Assembly: GCA_963668025.2 (NCBI GenBank)
Contig: CAXXTH010000010.1
Coordinates: 1,024,001-1,088,000 of the forward strand
DNA length: 64,000 nucleotides
Direction of reading: 5' to 3'
DNA from: Candidatus Hydrogenedentota bacterium
GTDB taxonomy: Bacteria; Hydrogenedentota; Hydrogenedentia; Hydrogenedentales; SLHB01
The position numbers were made by a program, and so were the translations under genes. Each line of letters begins with the position of its first letter. Positions within the stretch are counted from its first letter, which is position 1. Below the pieces are notes generated by a model. It saw only the letters and a list, made by a program, of their open reading frames with translations. It did not search any database and was not told where the DNA came from. Below are positions 58,602 to 64,000 of this stretch, piece by piece.

Positions 58602-59477
58602 ATGGAATCGGAGCACAATTTTACATTTGGGAAAACTGAAGTACGGTTTCCGTTTCATGTTTTCTTTAACACCTTTCATTCCCGCACTTTCGGGAATCAT
58701 AATCATGATTTCTGTGAACTTGTCCTCGTGCGCTGTGGCAAGGGGAAATTCTTGCTGGAAAAGATGCAATATGATATCAGCGCAGGTGATGTCTTTTTAA
58801 TAGATGCCCAAGAGGAACACGGGTATTCTGATCAAGGTGATTTGGAGCTTTGTGGATTTCAGTTTAACGCAGATGCTTTTCTGGACAGAAACAGCGATTT
58901 GCTACATTTGCCAGGGTACTCGGTGCTGTTTCATTTCGAGATCGCATTTCGGCAAAATCATAAATTTCGGAGCAAACTCCATCTAGATAAAAACCAGCTA
59001 TTGCAGGCATGCTATATAATCACAGCGATAGAAAAAGAATACCAGGAGCAACAACCTGGCTACCATACAATGGTCACCTGTCATTTTGGCTTGCTCGTGG
59101 GCTTTCTGGCCCGGCAGTATGTAGGGCCTTTCACGCCTGAAACGTTCGAGGTGATGAATCTTGCAAAGGTCACGGCTTATATTCAGCAGAATTACCAGCA
59201 GCCTATCACCTTAGACGAACTGGCCAAGGTGGCTTGCATGTCGAAGAACTCGCTGCTTAGAGCGTTCAATCGTTATTATCGCGATACTCCCATAGCCTAT
59301 TTGATCGATCTTCGCATACGGAAAGCGTCCGCGCTGCTCAAACTACACGATTATTCAATTACCGAGATCGCCTACATCGTGGGTTTTTCTGAAAGCAGCT
59401 ACTTTACTAGGCAATTCTATCGAGTACACGGAATGTCTCCCCGGCAATATCGCGCTCGCACGAAAAGCATCCCTTAA
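58602..59477 (+). CDS. AraC-family regulator (RhaR/RhaS-like)
   Basis: Cupin 'HNHDFCELV'; 'SITEIA..VGFSESSYFTRQF...GMSPRQYR'. Confidence 0.92.
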   Translation: MESEHNFTFGKTEVRFPFHVFFNTFHSRTFGNHNHDFCELVLVRCGKGKFLLEKMQYDISAGDVFLIDAQEEHGYSDQGDLELCGFQFNADAFLDRNSDLLHLPGYSVLFHFEIAFRQNHKFRSKLHLDKNQLLQACYIITAIEKEYQEQQPGYHTMVTCHFGLLVGFLARQYVGPFTPETFEVMNLAKVTAYIQQNYQQPITLDELAKVACMSKNSLLRAFNRYYRDTPIAYLIDLRIRKASALLKLHDYSITEIAYIVGFSESSYFTRQFYRVHGMSPRQYRARTKSIP

Positions 59478-59612
59478 AATCCATTGTTCGTGTGGCAGGG
59501 GGCCATCCCAGCACGAAATAGCACAAGAGATGGGACTTAAAAAAAGTAGCGGCGCGAAATCTGAGCTGTTCCGCGCCGCCATTATTTCTTTTACAGAGTC
59601 GCAGAAGCGATA

Positions 59613-62600
59613 TCACCGGGCCGCCACAGTAAGCTCAAATGGGCCATTAGCGGCTTCCACGCGGCCGTACTTGTTTATAGCCTCGACAGTCCAATAATAC
59701 GTTCCCGGTTTTAAGCTGGGCACGGCGCATTCCGGCTGGCTCGTCTCAATGCGCTGGCTGTCGACAGCAAGGCCTCGCTCTTTGCCAAGCAGGACAACCC
59801 AGGATTCTGCGCCTGCGGCGCGCTCCCATTGGAAAGATGCGCCCGCCTCGCCGTTTCGGGGTGACACTAAATGAAATGGCGATGGCGGCAGGGTGGAGCT
59901 TGGGAACCATGACCGATACGGTGTTCCGGTCATTCCCGCGCTGGAGAAATCGCATGCGGTGAACTGGCTGCCTGCGTGGTCTTTTATCCGCGTGAGTATC
60001 CAGGGTTGTGGTGCGGTGTTTTCTTGCATGGGTTCGAAGGCAAGACTCTGGCAGTCTAGAGCCGGCATGTTTTCCTGCGTTATGTTGTTGAACCGGGCGT
60101 CAAAGGTATACAGAATGGGGCCACGGTACACGGCTAATTTGCCGCTACATTCCTGTTCGCCCGCCCAGAACCATGGGGAGAAATCCAAGCGGAGTTCCAC
60201 CGTATCTCCTGCGCGCCATTTACGGGTAACCGCCAGGTAATTGCCCGGCGCCAGCCCCTTGATAGCCTTCCCGTTCACACTGCATTGACTCGTTTTCGAC
60301 CACCTGGGGATGCGCAGATGAAGCGTGAAGCGTTCGGCCTTCTCCGGTGTGACGGTGATGCGGACCAGCCCATCCGCGGGATATCGGGTGTCTTGCTTGA
60401 GCGACACTTTGTTTCCCGACGGGAGTTGGGCGGACCAAGCAGACGGGCCATAATAGTTCAAAAACAATCCATCTTTATCCTGCATAAGGCCCCATTCGGA
60501 CAACATGCCCAACGCGCGGTATGCATTCGTGGAGCAGCAGTTGAGTTCCGCGCCATCTTTTGGCCCCTGGAAAATCTCTTTTCCATAGTGGCGCGCGCCG
60601 TCGGGCTGGTTCGAGTAGGTCGAAGTGCTGCCGTCAAAGGGGATCGAGCCTAAGGCGCTGTTGAGCGTGCTCCATTCGAGCTCGTCCGCCACCCGGGCAT
60701 CGCCCGTGAGCTTGAGCATGTCGGTGCTGATGATGATCCAGGCCACCGTGCAGCAGGTTTCGATGGTGCCGGGATTGTACGGCGTGCCGAGAAGGCCTTC
60801 ATTGGTGGAGAAACCGCCGGTGATATGCCGGTCTCCCTTGGCCAGTTCCCACCAGATGTTCTGGTAGGCCTTGGCGTAGTCCTCGTTACCTTCGAGCCAA
60901 TACATTTCGGATAGGGCGCCCAGGTTGTGGATGGTTTCCCATCGGCGCATAGGGAATTTGGCCACCGGCCGATGCTCCAATCCGCAGTTCAGCAAATCCG
61001 GCCCGCCCGGTTCAGACCATGCTTGTTTCATGACATAGTTCACGAAATCGAGATAGACTTGTTTGCCGGTGCGTTTGTACAGTTGAGCCATGGCGTGGCA
61101 GATGGTCTCGTTGGAACCGCCGGAGATGTTTAGAGAAGCCCCATCAGGCCCGTAGGTGGCCGCCAATAGGTGGCCCAGTTTCTCACATGCGGCCAGCGCG
61201 GCTGCATCCTGGGTGTCATCATAATACTGAAGAAGCCCAATCATCGCGCTGTAGTGATTCCACAATTCACACCATCCGCGAAGGTCTTCGAATGGCCCTA
61301 AATACCCGTCTTCCCGCTGGCTGGCAATCAATCCGTCCACATAGGCGTCTATGGCCGCCTTGAGCTTCTCATCGCGGGTCACCCGCCAGAGCAATTCCGC
61401 CGAACTCAGGTATTGGCCAGGAAATACCCCAGCCCAACCAGGAATGTCTTTCTCGGGGCGCTCGCGCAGCATGCGCAGAAGGCCCGGATTACGTTCATTG
61501 TAATCCGTCAGATACCGCACCATGTTCCCGACTCGTTCGCGCAGGTAACCGTCCAATTCGATCCGGACGCCTTGCGCGGTTTGTAGTTTTTGTGAAGCCT
61601 TCTCTTTGGGCGTATTGGTAACGCCAGGCTCCGCCCATGTGTAGAAGTCCAGGCGGCGCATTTCGTGGGCGGGCGTTTCACCATGAGCGGATTGGGCGAT
61701 CACGGTCCAATAAATGGTGGATTGGGGCGCGACGCTAGGTTGGATGATAAGCTTGGTGGCGTTTCCGGCTTCAAGCTTATTAATAAGGCGGGAGGCCGCA
61801 GCGTCTTCATAGAGTGCGACGGCATATGTCTCAGAGCCAACCGAAGGACGCCAGGATAATTCGATGCCGGCTGTTTTATGCGACTGCGAACCCGTGACGG
61901 GCAACAGCAATTCGGGCGCTACGGGAGGCGGAGGCGTGCCGTCCTGGGATTCCAGCGGCCCAATATTCACCAGGGGATTCGCTTCAGATAAGCTGAGCGC
62001 CTCAGCGGCCATCCATGCGTTCGTGCGGGACACAGCCGCCATGCGTACTTCGTCCACATCTCCCAAAAAATATAGTTCCGCGGGATTGAGCAATGCGCGC
62101 CCGAATTTTATAGTATCAAATGGGCCTGCGAGGCCAGGATATGCGCCTTGAGCCATGGCGGCGCCATCCACAGTGAATTTATACTGCTTTTGGACATTGT
62201 CCACAGCAACTACGATAGAGTGCCAACGCTCGGGTTCCACGCCATTTCCATACGGCAAAGAGGAGCGTACGACGTCCTGGATAAGGTCCACGCTGGCCGA
62301 GTCCGGAGCAACAACCGCCTCCATGCCATTCTTGGCGTCCGCGGCACTCGCCGCGAAGAGCACCCGTTTTTCGGTTCCCTTCGGGCGGAAACGCAAGGTG
62401 AATGTGGCAGTAGGGCCGAGTTTTTGTAGTATTTCGGGATTCACGTTAAGTGATCCCGGTCCTAGGGTGCAGAAAGTGGCCCAAGGATGCGACTCGGCGG
62501 ATATGAGCCCTGGCGTCCAGCCATTCTGGAACATACACCCCTCGCGTTTTACCGGCTCTACTGTGCCCAATGCGTCAGCCATGTCTCCCTGAAGGTGCAG

Positions 62601-63002
62601 GATCAGATGATATGCATCATCCCACACCCGGACAGGCGGCGTCTCGGGGGCGTCCGGATTGCCAAAGTAAACATAGAGATGCTGGCCGCTGCCTGTTTTG
62701 AGCTGTGGCATACGGATATAGATCTCCACGCCGTCCGGTTCCCATGCAACAATCTCGTGGGCGAGTTCTTGGCCATCCGCGTTGATGATGCGCATGTCCC
62801 GGCCTTGCGGAGCCGCCAATGCTCGTGCGAATTGGCCATCCGTCATATGCAAGCGGAGAGGGAAATTCTCCAGGTTTTCCGTAATATCCTTAGTATTGAT
62901 GGAAACTTGCTGCCGGTAATGCCAGGAGGCATTCCACCAGCCATCGTCCGCCCAAGCCCCCGCGCACATAATCACAGCCGTTAATATGATTCCTCGTATC
63001 AT
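59613..63002 (-). CDS. GH127-like beta-L-arabinofuranosidase with N-terminal DUF2341 and LamG domains
   Basis: 'WWNASWHYRQ...NFP', 'F.GDVDEVR', 'QREDGYLG', 'ETCC', 'NCC', 'LRIPRW'. AGGAGG RBS. Confidence 0.85.
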   Translation of the reverse strand: MIRGIILTAVIMCAGAWADDGWWNASWHYRQQVSINTKDITENLENFPLRLHMTDGQFARALAAPQGRDMRIINADGQELAHEIVAWEPDGVEIYIRMPQLKTGSGQHLYVYFGNPDAPETPPVRVWDDAYHLILHLQGDMADALGTVEPVKREGCMFQNGWTPGLISAESHPWATFCTLGPGSLNVNPEILQKLGPTATFTLRFRPKGTEKRVLFAASAADAKNGMEAVVAPDSASVDLIQDVVRSSLPYGNGVEPERWHSIVVAVDNVQKQYKFTVDGAAMAQGAYPGLAGPFDTIKFGRALLNPAELYFLGDVDEVRMAAVSRTNAWMAAEALSLSEANPLVNIGPLESQDGTPPPPVAPELLLPVTGSQSHKTAGIELSWRPSVGSETYAVALYEDAAASRLINKLEAGNATKLIIQPSVAPQSTIYWTVIAQSAHGETPAHEMRRLDFYTWAEPGVTNTPKEKASQKLQTAQGVRIELDGYLRERVGNMVRYLTDYNERNPGLLRMLRERPEKDIPGWAGVFPGQYLSSAELLWRVTRDEKLKAAIDAYVDGLIASQREDGYLGPFEDLRGWCELWNHYSAMIGLLQYYDDTQDAAALAACEKLGHLLAATYGPDGASLNISGGSNETICHAMAQLYKRTGKQVYLDFVNYVMKQAWSEPGGPDLLNCGLEHRPVAKFPMRRWETIHNLGALSEMYWLEGNEDYAKAYQNIWWELAKGDRHITGGFSTNEGLLGTPYNPGTIETCCTVAWIIISTDMLKLTGDARVADELEWSTLNSALGSIPFDGSTSTYSNQPDGARHYGKEIFQGPKDGAELNCCSTNAYRALGMLSEWGLMQDKDGLFLNYYGPSAWSAQLPSGNKVSLKQDTRYPADGLVRITVTPEKAERFTLHLRIPRWSKTSQCSVNGKAIKGLAPGNYLAVTRKWRAGDTVELRLDFSPWFWAGEQECSGKLAVYRGPILYTFDARFNNITQENMPALDCQSLAFEPMQENTAPQPWILTRIKDHAGSQFTACDFSSAGMTGTPYRSWFPSSTLPPSPFHLVSPRNGEAGASFQWERAAGAESWVVLLGKERGLAVDSQRIETSQPECAVPSLKPGTYYWTVEAINKYGRVEAANGPFELTVAAR

Positions 63003-63338
63003 GGCAACCGAATCCCTCCTTGTTCCGTGAGCACGGCATGGCAGCCGTGCATTTTCAAATATAGTTGTATTCACACAATAGAGATTCTGCAATTATATAT
63101 ATGTTTTTATATTACGGTTAAAGTATATTCAGCCGTTCATCATCAGCATACAGTATGTAAAATCCGCCGGGAGCATTATTTAGTTGCTAACTAAAATTCT
63201 TCGTGTTGGTGTTTTATGCTCGCAGTCTACCAAAGATACGTTTCTGTCATTATCCTACCAATAGTTTACAAATCCCCTCATTTGTCTCGGTTAAAAATAG
63301 CACAAAATAACGTTAAATGCAAGATGAAAAGAAAGTTC

Positions 63339-63368
63339 TTGACGTAATATGGGAGATCGTGTTATAAA
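63339..63368 (+). promoter_or_regulatory. Sigma70 promoter with extended -10
   Basis: TTGACG-N18-TATAAA with TGn, about 300 nt upstream of the prepilin gene. Confidence 0.5.
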
Positions 63369-63674
63369 GTGTCATATTAAGTGGAGGCGCTTCGTGGATG
63401 GCTTGATGATGGGGTTCCTCCACGAGGCAATGGCTTCGTAAGTTCTATAGTTTTCTGAGTTCATGTAAGTGGAAAGTGTTCACTCATCACTCGGCGCTAG
63501 ACTGTCTCTAGTGTCTGATGTGGAGCCGGGGATTGGCTCCTCTCCAAATCCCCGGTCCCACGGCTAAAAAATGATAGGGCTTGGTGCGACGGATTTGAGA
63601 TTTATATGGTATCGAAAGATACGCATCTGTATTGAAAATTGAACGGGTGTAATAAAGGTACGGAGACGAAAAAA

Positions 63675-64000
63675 ATGAAAAAGAAACAAGGTTTTACGCT
63701 CATCGAGTTGCTGGTGGTGATCGCCATTATCGCCATATTAGCTGCTATCTTATTGCCAGCGCTCGCACGCGCCCGTGAAGCCGCGAGACGGGCTTCCTGC
63801 GCCAGCAACCTTAAACAATGGGGCATCATCTTCAAGATGTACTCCGGCGAGAACAAGAGTGGGCTCTTTCCTTCAGGGCCGCAGTATTTGCCGTCCAACA
63901 ACGGTGGAGGCGTTACGTTGTCCTATCGCGGCGTTGCCGCGAATGTGCTTTATCCGGATTATTGGAATGATCCAAGCTTAATGCTTTGTCCGTCTGATTC
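63675..64000 (+). CDS. Prepilin-type/DUF1559 protein, truncated by window end (missing from the ORF track)
   Basis: ATG 63675: [50 protein letters not shown]. Confidence 0.92.
   Translation, partial: MKKKQGFTLIELLVVIAIIAILAAILLPALARAREAARRASCASNLKQWGIIFKMYSGENKSGLFPSGPQYLPSNNGGGVTLSYRGVAANVLYPDYWNDPSLMLCPSD

Noticed and set aside
1-64000. CRISPR arrays, cas genes, rRNA, retrons or reverse transcriptases, cobalamin riboswitch near mtaB
   Set aside because: None were seen by eye, although a degenerate riboswitch could be missed without a covariance search.

Overview
Bacterial chromosomal window of moderately high GC. The DUF1559-type prepilins with an '[13 protein letters not shown]' motif suggest Candidatus Hydrogenedentes or a PVC-like lineage, but this is inference only. 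Most of the window is carbohydrate-utilisation loci (GH78, GH36-like/malectin, GH127, beta-propeller hydrolases, split transketolase, SDRs, sugar porter, LacI/AraC regulators, three UroD/MtaA-fold proteins). It also holds a tandem pair of short secretins, an orphan mtaB, pgeF and carA. The main feature is a ~14.8 kb element integrated at tRNA-Val(GAC) (21174-36000), bounded by a duplicated tRNA 3' half and matching arm-type repeats. It encodes a tyrosine integrase, two ORF6N proteins, a HigBA pair and a tightly coupled operon: small terminase, unknown gene, ORF6N, tail tape measure protein, HK97-gp10-like protein. No capsid, portal, large terminase, tail tube or lysis genes are recognisable, so it looks like a phage-satellite-like element carrying its own tape measure. 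Three IS elements have inserted into it, one apparently with an adjacent deletion. A structured leader RNA inside it can pair with its own Shine-Dalgarno. All calls come from reading motifs by eye; no database searches were run.
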